A stretch of 64,000 nt of DNA from Candidatus Saccharimonadales bacterium (GCA_050730875.1 JBOHNX010000001.1:489972-553971); one strand, 5' to 3'. Shown: positions 25,744 through 35,401, counted from the first letter of the stretch. Translations and numbers: made by a program. Notes: generated by a model from the sequence alone, not told the origin.

Positions 25744-28550
25744 AGCATCTTTTTAAGATATTGGCCGGTAAACGAGACTTTGTTTTTAGCAATTTCTTCT
25801 GGCACGCCTTCGGCAACGATGGTGCCACCGCCTTCACCGCCTTCTGGGCCCATGTCGATGATGTGGTCCGCACTCTTCACGACATCTAAGTTGTGTTCGA
25901 TAATCACCATGCTGTTGCCAGCCTCGACCAAGGCCTGAAGCACGTGCAGTAGTTTTTTGACATCCGCGCTGTGCAGACCAGTTGTTGGTTCGTCCAAAAT
26001 GTAGAGCGTGCGGCCGGTTGCGCGGCGACTGAGCTCGCTCGCTAATTTAATACGCTGCGCTTCACCGCCAGAAAGCGTGGTAGCTGGCTGGCCTAAGCGA
26101 ATGTAGCCGAGGCCAACTTCGTTTAACGTTTGCAATTTTTTCGCAATAGTTGGAATGTTTTCGAAGAAGACAGCCGCTTGTTCGACAGTCATTTCCAGTA
26201 CATCGGCAATTGTTTTACCTTTGTAATGAATTTCGAGCGCTTCGCGGTTGTAGCGCTTACCTTTACAGACTTCACAGGTCACATAAACATCTGGCAAGAA
26301 GTGCATTTCGATCTTAATAACACCGTCACCCTGGCAGTTTTCGCAACGGCCGCCTTTTACGTTAAAGCTAAAGCGCCCAGCCTTGTAGCCGCGAATGCTG
26401 GCTTCTGGCGTGCTGGCGAACAGTTCACGAATTGGCGTAAAAACGCCGGTGTAGGTTGCAGGGTTAGAACGCGGCGTGCGGCCAATCGGTGATTGGTCGA
26501 TAACAATTACTTTATCGAGCGCTTCGATACCTTCGATGGCATCGTGCTTGCCAGCTACCGCATTTGCGCGGTGCAGGCGATGGGCAAGCTCCTTCGCTAA
26601 AATGTCGTTCACCAGCGTTGATTTGCCCGAGCCAGATACACCCGACACAACTACCATTTTGCCCAGCGGCACAGTAACATCGATACTTTTGAGGTTGTGT
26701 TCCTTCGCGCCTTTAACGACTAGTGCCTTGCCGTTACCACCACGGCGCTTTTTAGGAACGCTAATCTTTTCCTTGCCGCTCAAGTAACGGCCAGTGATAC
26801 TTTCTGCGTCTTTTGCCACATCTTCTGGACTACCTTGCGAGACAATTCGGCCGCCGTGCACACCAGCGCCTGGGCCAATGTCGATCAAATGGTCAGCATG
26901 ACGGATGGTATCTTCGTCGTGCTCGACCACAATCACGGTGTTGCCGAGACCACGCAGGTGCTTAAGAGTTGCAATAAGCCGGTCGTTATCGCGCTGATGC
27001 AAACCAATGCTTGGCTCGTCGAGCACGTACAGCACGCCCTGCAGACCAGAACCAATTTGGGTCGCCAGACGAATACGCTGCGCTTCACCACCGCTCAGCG
27101 TGTTTGCACTGCGGGCGAGCTCCAAATAGCTTAAGCCGACGTTATCGAGGAAGCTCAGGCGGGCCTTAATTTCGCGCAAGATTTGCTTGGCAATAAATAG
27201 CTCTTGTTCGTTGAGCTTCAAGCCCTTTTCAAACAGCTCTAAAGCATCGCTCACGCTGAGGCCACATACGTCCATGATATTGAGATTGTGCACGGTCACG
27301 GCCAGCGCTTCTGGTTTGAGACGTGCGCCGTTACATGCATGACATTTACGCTCGCGCATAAAGCGCTCGATGTCGCGGCGAATAAAGTCACTTTCGGTTT
27401 CGCGGTAGCGGCGCTCGAGGTTCGGGATAACCCCCTCAAACGTGGTTTCAAAACTACGGCCGAGCGAAATCGGCACGCGGTATTTTTGGCTGCCAGTGCC
27501 GTAGAGCACTTTTTGCAGCTGGTCTTCGCTGAGATCTTTCACTGGCGTGTGCACCGCAAAACCATTGGCTTCGGCCATGGCGTTCACCTGCTTCATGTAC
27601 CAGGTATCAATGCGAATGCGGTTCCACGGGCGGATAGCGCCTTCAGCGATGGTAAGGCTTGGGTTCAAAATGAGATCTGGGTCGACCTCCAAACGCGAGC
27701 CAAGCCCAGTACAAACAGTACAAGCCCCGTGCGGTGAGTTGAAGCTAAACAGGCGCGGCGCGAGTTCTGGAATAACCACGTCTGGGTGATTCACACAGGC
27801 GTAGCGCTGCGAATACAGCTTTTCGACATTATCGTCGGCATTCACTACGCCAACCACGCCATCACCTAAATCGAGCGCTTGTTCGGTCGATTGCGTAATG
27901 CGGCTGAGGTTTTCGGGGTTGTTTACAACGCGGTCCACCACCACTTCGATGGTGTGTTTCTTTTGCTTGTCGAGCTGCGGGAATTCCTCGAGTGAGTAAA
28001 TAATACCGTCTACGCGCACGCGAGCAAACCCAGCGCGGCTGTACTGCTCTGGCACATGGGCGAACTCGCCTTTTTTATCGACGACAATTGGTGCCAGAAT
28101 AATCAGGCGCGAGCCTTCTGGCAAGCTCACAATTTCATCCACAATTTGCTGCGGACTACGGCGGGTGACTTCTTCGCCGCCAACCGGACAATGTGGCACG
28201 CCAATGCGTGCATAAAACAAACGCAAGTAGTCGTAGAGTTCGGTTACAGTTGCAACGGTCGATCGTGGGTTACGGCTGGTAGATTTTTGGTCGATGCTAA
28301 TTGCCGGGCTTAAACCGTCGATTTGATCCACATCCGGCTTTTCCATCAAACCCAAGAACTGACGCGCATAAGAGCTGAGTGATTCAACATAACGGCGTTG
28401 GCCTTCGGCATAAATTGTGTCGAATGCCAAAGAAGACTTACCGGAACCGGAAAGCCCTGTGATCACCACCAATTTGTCGCGCGGAATCGTAACATCAATG
28501 CCCTTGAGGTTATGCTCGCGCGCACCGCGAACAACAATCGCATCAGACAT
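25740..28550 (-). CDS. uvrA: excinuclease ABC subunit A
   Basis: 936 aa. Two ABC ATPase modules (GLSGSGKSS and GVSGSGKST), zinc-finger Cys clusters and LSGGE signatures. Confidence 0.95.
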   Translation of the reverse strand: MSDAIVVRGAREHNLKGIDVTIPRDKLVVITGLSGSGKSSLAFDTIYAEGQRRYVESLSSYARQFLGLMEKPDVDQIDGLSPAISIDQKSTSRNPRSTVATVTELYDYLRLFYARIGVPHCPVGGEEVTRRSPQQIVDEIVSLPEGSRLIILAPIVVDKKGEFAHVPEQYSRAGFARVRVDGIIYSLEEFPQLDKQKKHTIEVVVDRVVNNPENLSRITQSTEQALDLGDGVVGVVNADDNVEKLYSQRYACVNHPDVVIPELAPRLFSFNSPHGACTVCTGLGSRLEVDPDLILNPSLTIAEGAIRPWNRIRIDTWYMKQVNAMAEANGFAVHTPVKDLSEDQLQKVLYGTGSQKYRVPISLGRSFETTFEGVIPNLERRYRETESDFIRRDIERFMRERKCHACNGARLKPEALAVTVHNLNIMDVCGLSVSDALELFEKGLKLNEQELFIAKQILREIKARLSFLDNVGLSYLELARSANTLSGGEAQRIRLATQIGSGLQGVLYVLDEPSIGLHQRDNDRLIATLKHLRGLGNTVIVVEHDEDTIRHADHLIDIGPGAGVHGGRIVSQGSPEDVAKDAESITGRYLSGKEKISVPKKRRGGNGKALVVKGAKEHNLKSIDVTVPLGKMVVVSGVSGSGKSTLVNDILAKELAHRLHRANAVAGKHDAIEGIEALDKVIVIDQSPIGRTPRSNPATYTGVFTPIRELFASTPEASIRGYKAGRFSFNVKGGRCENCQGDGVIKIEMHFLPDVYVTCEVCKGKRYNREALEIHYKGKTIADVLEMTVEQAAVFFENIPTIAKKLQTLNEVGLGYIRLGQPATTLSGGEAQRIKLASELSRRATGRTLYILDEPTTGLHSADVKKLLHVLQALVEAGNSMVIIEHNLDVVKSADHIIDMGPEGGEGGGTIVAEGVPEEIAKNKVSFTGQYLKKML

Positions 28551-28692
28551 AACTGGTAAATTATACCTTAATTTATGTAATTATTGCGAGCCCACTACTA
28601 AACCGCAAATATCATCCCACTTAGATATTTATTGTTTAGTCGGGAGGGCGAAGCAGGTTACCCTAGCTTCGCCCTCCCGTTACCCTTCTTGG

Positions 28693-29265
28693 TCAGGCGT
28701 TACAGAGACGAGTCCGTTCATCCTGGTCGAGACCATCGCCACAGAGATAAACGTTACCCCCGCCTGGATTCCGCCCCACTTCTTTCAGTAATCCAGGACG
28801 GAGGTAGACGTAAGTAAGCGAATCCCCAATCTTGCGGTAGGACTCGACATCGGGACGAGGCCGAGCATCTGTATCCTCCTCGGTAATGCGAGCGGAAGTA
28901 AAGGTGAAGGTTAATCTGTCGCCTTCCACCTTCCACTTGACGGTGCCCTCGCCCCAGCAAATGGTAGTAGTCTCCCAATCGTCAGGATCACACAGCCCAT
29001 TGTGCCAGGCAGCCCTTCCAGTGCCACCAGCCCGAATCTGCACACTGAAGCCGTGTACCGACCAAGTGCCGATGAACTTACCGTTCGAGTCGCTGCGCGT
29101 GACAAGCACCTCATACTTCGAGCGACCGTTACGCTTGTCGCTGTCCAGGTCCAGCTCGCTTCGAAGCCAGCTGAGTAAGGTACCGGCGTCGACGAGCGCC
29201 TTCACGACGACACCCACAGCGCCAAACAGGCTGACCAGTGGCTCAATCGTCAAACACTCGACCAT
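28693..29265 (-). CDS. hypothetical protein, GC-rich gene (start uncertain)
   Basis: The coding-looking part of the 276-aa track ORF begins at [11 protein letters not shown]... It has high third-position G+C. It overlaps the upstream ORF by 23 nt in another frame. Confidence 0.45.
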   Translation of the reverse strand: MVECLTIEPLVSLFGAVGVVVKALVDAGTLLSWLRSELDLDSDKRNGRSKYEVLVTRSDSNGKFIGTWSVHGFSVQIRAGGTGRAAWHNGLCDPDDWETTTICWGEGTVKWKVEGDRLTFTFTSARITEEDTDARPRPDVESYRKIGDSLTYVYLRPGLLKEVGRNPGGGNVYLCGDGLDQDERTRLCNA

Positions 29266-29479
29266 CGACTTGGCGATACTCTTCGTAGAGTACTTTTGGA
29301 ACCTTGTTGCCGGTGACATCCACGTTGACGCCGATCGGCATGTTTGTGGCTTTGGCGGTCGGGCTGGTGAACCAGTCGTAGCGGATGGCGACGAGTGTGC
29401 CGAAAAGCAGAAGTACCAGCAGCCCTGCGATGAACAGCGCCAGCTTGCTTCCGCCCACTCGGCCAGTGGTGGACGACAC
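29243..29479 (-). CDS. hypothetical membrane-anchored small protein, GC-rich gene
   Basis: GTG start preceded by GGGAGG (4-nt spacer). One TM segment (LALFIAGLLVLLLFGTLVAI). Confidence 0.5.
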   Translation of the reverse strand: MSSTTGRVGGSKLALFIAGLLVLLLFGTLVAIRYDWFTSPTAKATNMPIGVNVDVTGNKVPKVLYEEYRQVDGRVFDD

Positions 29480-29630
29480 AGATCCTCCCGGTTGTGAAGG
29501 GTTTCGAGCAAAAAAGGGAGCATCCAGCTCCCTCTTGCTTAAAGTAAATTATACAATAAAATCAGCAAAAATGAATACCCCGCTAACCCTATTAGTAGTT
29601 TTCCCCAGTTTACCGGTATAATAGCCTGGT

Positions 29631-29891
29631 ATGGAGAAGTTAAAGTGGGGCTGGCTTAAAACACCGAAGTCTGTGCGCCGAATTCTGGTGTTTATTCTTG
29701 GCGGTTTATGCATTGTGCTTGGCCTGCTCTTGCTTGTGCTGCCCGGCCCTGGCTTTGCGGCAATCTTTTTAGGATTTGCGGTTTTGGCGACTGAATTTAC
29801 CTCGGCTAAACGCGCTCAGGATGGGTTTATCGGCTGGCTGAAAGAAGTCGGCCGTCGGCTCAAAAAACTCTGGGAGCAAAGAAAACACTAA
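29631..29891 (+). CDS. PGPGW-motif small membrane protein
   Basis: LLLLVLPGPGFAAIFLGFAVLATEF matches the PGPGW transmembrane family pattern. Confidence 0.6.
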   Translation: MEKLKWGWLKTPKSVRRILVFILGGLCIVLGLLLLVLPGPGFAAIFLGFAVLATEFTSAKRAQDGFIGWLKEVGRRLKKLWEQRKH

Positions 29892-29940
29892 CGTTTACAT
29901 CTCCTTGATGTAAAGTCAATTTATTGGTATATTACAATCA

Positions 29941-30297
29941 ATGAGTTGGTGGCCAAAAATGAACACGACGCTTGGTATTGTTTTGACTGTTTTTGCAGTG
30001 CTTCTATTTGCTGCACCTCAAGTACAGGATGCCTTACTGGTGTTTATAGTTGCCGGCGTTATTCCCGGCTTTAACGTTGCCGTGCCGCCACTTTTGATGC
30101 TTTTATTGCTTGGTGGCGGTTTTGTTGCTCTCGTTAAATGGACCCGACGCCAGCAGTTTTATCTTGAACTACAAAAACAGCGCGCTGCGAACAAAAAAGC
30201 TGCCCCTGCAAAAGCAAAACGTAAAACTAAAGCTGCTCCTACCTACGCCAAGCTCACCCGCAAGTGGTTTGAGCGTGCTATTCGTCACTGGGCATAA
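29941..30297 (+). CDS. hypothetical membrane protein with basic C-terminal tail
   Basis: 118 aa, two TM segments, K/A-rich tail. Confidence 0.5.
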   Translation: MSWWPKMNTTLGIVLTVFAVLLFAAPQVQDALLVFIVAGVIPGFNVAVPPLLMLLLLGGGFVALVKWTRRQQFYLELQKQRAANKKAAPAKAKRKTKAAPTYAKLTRKWFERAIRHWA

Positions 30298-31693
30298 TAC
30301 TCTCGGCCCAGAGCTGTAATTCTTGCAGAATAAACTGCGATTGGTCGTCGGTTTTAATTTGAGCCATACGCATCAACGCCTTCGTAAAAGTTTCTGCGTC
30401 GCGCTGCAAACGTTCCGTGCGATACATTTCCCAGGCGGCTCGCTCGCCTTCGCTGAGGCTAGTCGGGAAATTACGGGCTTTGTAGCGCAATAGTAGATCT
30501 CCCAGACGATCATCGCTGAAATCCGGATGAAAATCGGCGAGCGTGTTAGCATCGGCAGCGCGGACAACGCGAAGAGCGTTTTTGTCTTTCTCGTTCAGAA
30601 AGCCGTCGTAGAGCCGAGCATCGACATCTGCTTGCTTTGGCCAATTGCCTGGGGCAAAGACCTCGCACAGTTTATCCGCCAGCACACGGTGCGCGCGGAG
30701 ATTCTTGAGATGCATTTCGATGGTTGTTAAGTCTAATTTAATGCGCTGTTGTGCTTCATCGGTAAGCACACCGAGTGGCGCAACTGCCGGGCAGCGACTC
30801 ATGTTGAGTTCTTTCGCTGGCAACGCTACAAAACCTTCCATTTCACGCTGTTCGCGGTTGGCAAAACAAATGCTTTTGAGCTCATCAACTGATTTATCAA
30901 CCCATTCGGTCGGGTCGTGACGTAAATCCCAAACAATAACGGAACCGTTTTTATCGCTTGGGGCCAGCGGATACGCCACGGTAGCGTGCAATGTTTCAGA
31001 ATGATAGCGACCACTGGCGTACACGAAGGGCTGTGGGTTGTCTACACTGACTACTTCGCTGATTGCCTGCTTGCTGCGGTGCTCAAAAAGGTAATCGAAC
31101 AGTTTTGGTTGTTTGCTGCGGATAAGTTGCGCCACAGCAATAAGTGCCTGTACATCGTTTAAAGCGTCGTGGGCGTTTTCGTGGTCGAGGCCGTTCTGCC
31201 CAGAAAGTAGCTCGAGGCGGTTGGTTGCCTTGCCTTTGGCGTCGAACGGCCACTGGATGCCCTCGGGGCGCAAAGCACGGGTCATACGGATAACATCGAG
31301 CAAATCCCAGCGGCTACGGCCTTCGGCCCAGGCCCATTCGTATGGGTCATAAAAATTGCGGTACAAGCTGTAGCGCATAAATTCGTCGTCGAACCGGACG
31401 TTATTAAAGCCAACAATTATGGTGTTTGGCTTTAATACTTCGTCGTGCAAAATTTTTAAAAACTCGGCTTCGGTGTAGCCTTCTTGCAGGGTTTTTTGTG
31501 GTGTAATTCCAGTCACCAAAATGGCGCCCGGGTCGGGCAAAACCTCTTCGGTCAGCTTCACCAAAAGATTGATCGGCTCGCCAATTGGCTGCAGATCCAT
31601 ATCGGTCCGCTGGCCGGCAAACTGCATGATGCGATGGCTCCGCGGATTCAAACCAGAGGTCTCAAGGTCGTAAAAAAAGAAAGTTTGGGCCAT
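30278..31693 (-). CDS. sbcB: exodeoxyribonuclease I
   Basis: Starts at MAQTFFFYDLETSGLNP... (DEDDh Exo I motif). Also FNNVRFDDEFMR and HDALNDV. The track ORF's 131-codon Arg-rich N-terminal extension is rejected. Confidence 0.85.
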   Translation of the reverse strand: MAQTFFFYDLETSGLNPRSHRIMQFAGQRTDMDLQPIGEPINLLVKLTEEVLPDPGAILVTGITPQKTLQEGYTEAEFLKILHDEVLKPNTIIVGFNNVRFDDEFMRYSLYRNFYDPYEWAWAEGRSRWDLLDVIRMTRALRPEGIQWPFDAKGKATNRLELLSGQNGLDHENAHDALNDVQALIAVAQLIRSKQPKLFDYLFEHRSKQAISEVVSVDNPQPFVYASGRYHSETLHATVAYPLAPSDKNGSVIVWDLRHDPTEWVDKSVDELKSICFANREQREMEGFVALPAKELNMSRCPAVAPLGVLTDEAQQRIKLDLTTIEMHLKNLRAHRVLADKLCEVFAPGNWPKQADVDARLYDGFLNEKDKNALRVVRAADANTLADFHPDFSDDRLGDLLLRYKARNFPTSLSEGERAAWEMYRTERLQRDAETFTKALMRMAQIKTDDQSQFILQELQLWAESIMPSDE

Positions 31694-31863
31694 TGCTTTA
31701 GTGTAGCATTGGCAGCATGAAAATATCCAAAGTGCTTCTGGCCAGCGCCGGGTTTTTCGCCCAGCATCGACAAAAATAAAAACGCCCCATTGGGCGTAAG
31801 TATGTGCGGCCAGGTGGCACGGATGCGAACTAAAAGTCCGACCGTGCCACCTGGCCTCCCTGG

Positions 31864-32157
31864 TTAGACGACCGCGAGGTATGTACGTGCCGCCTCGGCG
31901 ACAGTCCCTGCCAGGGCGCGAACCCCCAGTCTGATACCGTCTTCCAGGTCGTCCGCGATGCGGTGACGGAAGCCGTTCATGTGACCGCGGAGATAGGGGT
32001 CGTCGAAGTCGTCGGTGACACGCTGCGGCCGTAGGTCTGCGTAGAGACCGACGTACAGGGTAGCGACACTCACGACACCTTCGCATTCCTTCGATCGTGC
32101 GATGTACTCTCGGGCCAGATCGGCGTGATGCGCGACCTGCCTATTGAGGTTTGACAT
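31864..32157 (-). CDS. hypothetical protein, GC-rich gene
   Basis: 97 aa with high third-position G+C. Its own consensus promoter lies upstream and a 15-bp terminator stem (GGCCAGGTGGCACGG...) downstream. Confidence 0.5.
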   Translation of the reverse strand: MSNLNRQVAHHADLAREYIARSKECEGVVSVATLYVGLYADLRPQRVTDDFDDPYLRGHMNGFRHRIADDLEDGIRLGVRALAGTVAEAARTYLAVV

Positions 32158-32201
32158 CTTGCCCCCAAGGGAAAATCTCCGGACCTTCCGAAGATTTGCA
32201 T

Positions 32202-32230
32202 ATTATACAAAAATATCTTGCTTATGTCAA
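32202..32230 (-). promoter_or_regulatory. perfect sigma70 consensus promoter (minus strand)
   Basis: Minus-sense TTGACA - 17 nt - TATAAT, immediately after the obg stop and about 45 nt before the 97-aa ORF. Confidence 0.6.
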
Positions 32231-32233
32231 TAG

Positions 32234-33520
32234 TTAGCTGTAGCTGATATGTTGTCCGCCGTGCCGGCCGATCACAATAATATCGCCGGGCTCGATGCCT
32301 TGGCGCTCCAGCTCGTGCATGATGCCCATTTTTTTCATAATGTCCTTAAGGCGGCGGATACCGGGCTCGCTAGTAAAGTTAGTACGAGCGGCAAACTTCT
32401 CGATTTTCCTACCCTTTACCACAAATTGGCCGTTTTCCTTCCTGACGCGCCAGGCTTCGGCGGCTTTCTGCGGGTCTAAGGCAATAATTGGCAAGCCCTG
32501 GGCCTGATCTGCATCTTCTTTTGTGGCTGCTTGCCGTGCTTTGTCGACCATGCCCCTGGCTTCACGAAGGAGCTCGGTAATGCCTATGTGCGCCTGCGAA
32601 GAAATGGCAAATACCGGTGTCTTTTTTGGTACCACGGTTCGCAAGCGTTCGATTTGCTGCTGAATGCCATCTTCGGGAAGACCCTCGATTTTGGTCAGTG
32701 CAACAATTTGTGGGCGTTTGCTGAGTGTTTTGCTGTATGCCTGCAATTCGTCGGTGATGGTGGTGAATGCCTTAGCTACATCGTCATCGTAAATATCAAT
32801 CAGGTGGATGAGCACCGCCGTGCGCTCGACGTGGCGCAAAAATGCATCGCCCAGTCCTTTACCGGTGCTGGCCCCCTCTATAAGCCCCGGAATATCAGCC
32901 ACTAGCAAACTAGTGTCGTCGATGTCAGCAACGCCTAGGTTGGGTGTAAGCGTGGTAAATGGATAATCGCCGATTTCGGGGCGAGCGTTACTGACGACGG
33001 ATAAAAATGTCGACTTCCCGGCATTCGGGAAGCCAACCAGGCCGACATCGGCCAGTAATTTAAGTTCTAGAGTGAGCTCTTTCTCGTCGCCTTTTTCACC
33101 CAGTTCGGCAACGCGCGGGGCCTGCCTGGTTGATGATTTAAAATGGGCGTTTCCAAAACCGCCATCACCGCCCCGGGCAACAACGGCTTTTTGGCCGTGT
33201 TCGGTAAGATCGGTGAGGAGGGTAGAATTTTCGTACACCTGGGTGCCTACTGGCACTTTTACTTCTAGGTCTTCCCCGCTACGGCCACGTTGCTGGCGGT
33301 GGCTTCCTGTCCGGCCGTTTTCGGCTTTAAGTTCTTGTTTATAGCGAAACCTAAGTAGCGTGTTTTCGTTACGGTCGGCCACGAATACAACGTTACCGCC
33401 ACTGCCACCATCGCCGCCGTCTGGACCGCCTTTATCGACAAATTTTTCATGGCGGAAACTGACCGTACCATCGCCTCCGTTGCCGGCTTTGACGTGTACA
33501 ACTACTTTATCAACAAACAT
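32234..33520 (-). CDS. obg: GTPase Obg/CgtA
   Basis: N-terminal Gly-rich Obg fold (GGDGGSGGNVVF), G1 GFPNAGKST and G3 DIPGLIEGA. Confidence 0.95.
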   Translation of the reverse strand: MFVDKVVVHVKAGNGGDGTVSFRHEKFVDKGGPDGGDGGSGGNVVFVADRNENTLLRFRYKQELKAENGRTGSHRQQRGRSGEDLEVKVPVGTQVYENSTLLTDLTEHGQKAVVARGGDGGFGNAHFKSSTRQAPRVAELGEKGDEKELTLELKLLADVGLVGFPNAGKSTFLSVVSNARPEIGDYPFTTLTPNLGVADIDDTSLLVADIPGLIEGASTGKGLGDAFLRHVERTAVLIHLIDIYDDDVAKAFTTITDELQAYSKTLSKRPQIVALTKIEGLPEDGIQQQIERLRTVVPKKTPVFAISSQAHIGITELLREARGMVDKARQAATKEDADQAQGLPIIALDPQKAAEAWRVRKENGQFVVKGRKIEKFAARTNFTSEPGIRRLKDIMKKMGIMHELERQGIEPGDIIVIGRHGGQHISYS

Positions 33521-33607
33521 ATGCTGCCTCTATTATACACGCATTTCGAGCGTAAAACGAAGCCGCCAGCTCTTGCGAACTGGCGGTCGTCTTTTTTACA
33601 AAAACTT

Positions 33608-34714
33608 TTAGTGAATGTAGCTATACGAACCTACTTGCGATGCTGGGACAGTACGGGTTGAGATCTTGTTCCAGCCAGCATAGTTCATGTCTGAAACAAA
33701 GAGACTGCCGTCTGCATTTACTCGCTCAACAACACCGACGTGGCCGTAACCACCCCAACCACCACCGTTTTGGATGATCGCACCAGCCTCTGGGATACGG
33801 TCTACACGAAAACCAGCTGCACGAGCGTACGAAGCCCAAGTAACAGCGTTACCCCAGTTACCACCAATTGGGCGGCCGAGTTCGGCACGACGGTTGTAAG
33901 CGTAGTATGTACAGTAGCCATAGGCGTAGCCATTACCACCAAACACCGTTACGCGGAGCGGACTGATGCTGACACTACGTGCCGCTCTTGATGCACCGCG
34001 CGCACCTGGACGTTCATTGTCCGGCAAGATACCGCCAGGAACCACGATTTGCTGACCAACTTTGAGGCCGGTTAGCTCTGCGTCGTTATAGGTGATAATA
34101 CGATCTTTATCAGCACGGAATTTTTCCGCCAATTTAGCAGCATCGTCACCCGATTTTACGGTGTAAATAACACCTGTTGTACCGGGTATTAGAAGTTCAC
34201 GGCCACCAGGGATTGCGTCGCTTGTCAGGTTATTCGACCAGCGAATACTATCATCCGAAACACCAAAAGCTGCAGCAACACTCTGAACAGTATCGCCTTG
34301 CTTCGTGGTGTACTTAGTGATAGCCTGACGACCACTATCTTGGCCAACAATTTGCGGTTTCGCCAAGAAACTACTATCAGTTTGTGCCAATTCAGTCTTG
34401 GCCGTCAACGAAATAGCCAAGCTTTGCACGTTGTGCTCTACGGCCATATCAGCGGTAGTCGCTACAACAGATGCAACGTCGGCAGCAGCAATTTGGTCAA
34501 CCGATGCAACAGGTTGTTCAAGAATAGAACTTGCAGACTGAGCCTGCGAAGCTTCCACCGGTGCACGGTAACCTACGACAATAATTCCAAGAATACCGGC
34601 AACTACTGCGATGTTAGAACCCAGTATTGCCAGGTTGAATTTCTTAGTGCGAGCACGCAAGCGCGCTGCGTTTTTAGTCGCAATATCAGTCAGCGCCTTG
34701 CTGTTTTCAAGCAC
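33608..34714 (-). CDS. peptidoglycan hydrolase: membrane anchor, two LysM domains and a C-terminal CHAP domain
   Basis: LysM-like YTTKQGDTVQSVAAAFGVS... and YTVKSGDDAAKLAEKF.... CHAP-like GYCTYYAY...GHVGVVERV. GTG start in the track. Confidence 0.8.
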   Translation of the reverse strand: MLENSKALTDIATKNAARLRARTKKFNLAILGSNIAVVAGILGIIVVGYRAPVEASQAQSASSILEQPVASVDQIAAADVASVVATTADMAVEHNVQSLAISLTAKTELAQTDSSFLAKPQIVGQDSGRQAITKYTTKQGDTVQSVAAAFGVSDDSIRWSNNLTSDAIPGGRELLIPGTTGVIYTVKSGDDAAKLAEKFRADKDRIITYNDAELTGLKVGQQIVVPGGILPDNERPGARGASRAARSVSISPLRVTVFGGNGYAYGYCTYYAYNRRAELGRPIGGNWGNAVTWASYARAAGFRVDRIPEAGAIIQNGGGWGGYGHVGVVERVNADGSLFVSDMNYAGWNKISTRTVPASQVGSYSYIH

Positions 34715-34960
34715 AGTCGTCGACTTATTCAGGGTCTGGCCCTGAGTAATATTGGTACTAATATGCGTCTCCGTATTTCTCTGTTTCCAGAGAGTTGATC
34801 TTCCGATCGTGTCTTTCTTCCAATGTTTATCTTGGAACAGAGATGTGTCGACCCCTTAATGCTATTACCTTATGATGTTTTAAAGTGTTAGCATCTCGTG
34901 CGACACGCTGCGGAAGCTACACTTGATCCCGTAGGGAAACTCCCACACATCTCAAGTGTA
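34715..34960 (-). promoter_or_regulatory. long structured 5' leader of the LysM-CHAP hydrolase gene
   Basis: About 245 nt between the predicted transcription start and the start codon. Nested long-range pairings in minus sense: ACACUUGA/UCAAGUGU, GAGAUGUGU/ACACAUCUC and GGGA-GUU-UCCC. Confidence 0.45.
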
Positions 34961-34966
34961 TGGGAT

Positions 34967-34995
34967 TATTGTAGCTAAGCTTGACTTCTGTGTCA
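34967..34995 (-). promoter_or_regulatory. near-consensus sigma70 promoter (minus strand)
   Basis: Minus-sense TTGACA - 17 nt - TACAAT. Confidence 0.6.
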
Positions 34996-35124
34996 ATATA
35001 TTGCAAAAACGTAAAATAATAACAGTTTTTCTAACACCCTCCGGATTTAACTCTAAAACAAAGGTCAAGCCGGAGGGTGAATGCGAGCGCACCTAGTGCT
35101 TATCAGTTCAGTGGAAAGTTTTGA

Positions 35125-35160
35125 GGCGAGATGCCCCCTGTTGCCAGGAGACATCTCGCC
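35125..35160 (-). terminator. hairpin immediately after the precursor-peptide ORF
   Basis: 9-bp stem GGCGAGATG/CATCTCGCC starting 6 nt after the stop codon, with a weak U-tract. A second hairpin (CACCCTCC/GGAGGGTG) lies at 35034-35079. Confidence 0.4.
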
Positions 35161-35166
35161 GTTGTT

Positions 35167-35313
35167 CTACCGACGACCGCCGTCGGACGAGCGCTGGCAC
35201 GAACCCGAGCTCGAAGAGCTCTTGCCGCCACCGCCGCCTCCGGAACCAGTGCCACCAGCTCCACCAGAGCCCGTGCCCCTGTACTCGGAGACTGTCACCT
35301 TGAGTACGGACAT
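35167..35313 (-). CDS. candidate TOMM/microcin-B17-like RiPP precursor peptide (48 aa)
   Basis: MSVLKVTVSEYRGTGSGGAGGTGSGGGGGGKSSSSSGSCQRSSDGGRR. The ATG is preceded by GGAAAGGAGGTGTTCC. It lies 88 nt downstream of the SagB-YcaO gene on the same strand. An in-frame GTG at 35376 would give 69 aa. Confidence 0.65.
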   Translation of the reverse strand: MSVLKVTVSEYRGTGSGGAGGTGSGGGGGGKSSSSSGSCQRSSDGGRR

Positions 35314-35401
35314 GGAACACCTCCTTTCCCGCTGCTCACTCCCAGACAGCACACTACAACTTTCAATCGTAAGCACTGCTGGTACTTTTCCTTCGCATAA
35401 A

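Noticed and set aside
28693-29523. First 86 codons of the 276-aa track ORF
   Set aside because: This part is Cys/Trp/Ser/Pro-rich and overlaps, out of frame, the better-supported 78-aa ORF, which has a GGGAGG Shine-Dalgarno and a TM helix. Only the part from MVECL... onward looks coding.
30278-32086. 602-aa track ORF extending sbcB upstream by 131 codons
   Set aside because: The extension is an Arg/Pro/Cys-rich low-complexity read-through that crosses a terminator hairpin and the GC-rich 97-aa gene in another frame. The Exo I homology starts at MAQTFFFYDLETSG (31693).
34715-34960. Calling the LysM-CHAP leader a ydaO/c-di-AMP riboswitch
   Set aside because: The context fits. However, I could not align the conserved ydaO segments (the GGGGACCCA, GGGGUGAAUC and CAGCUAACC-type blocks in the right order). 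It is reported only as an unclassified structured leader.
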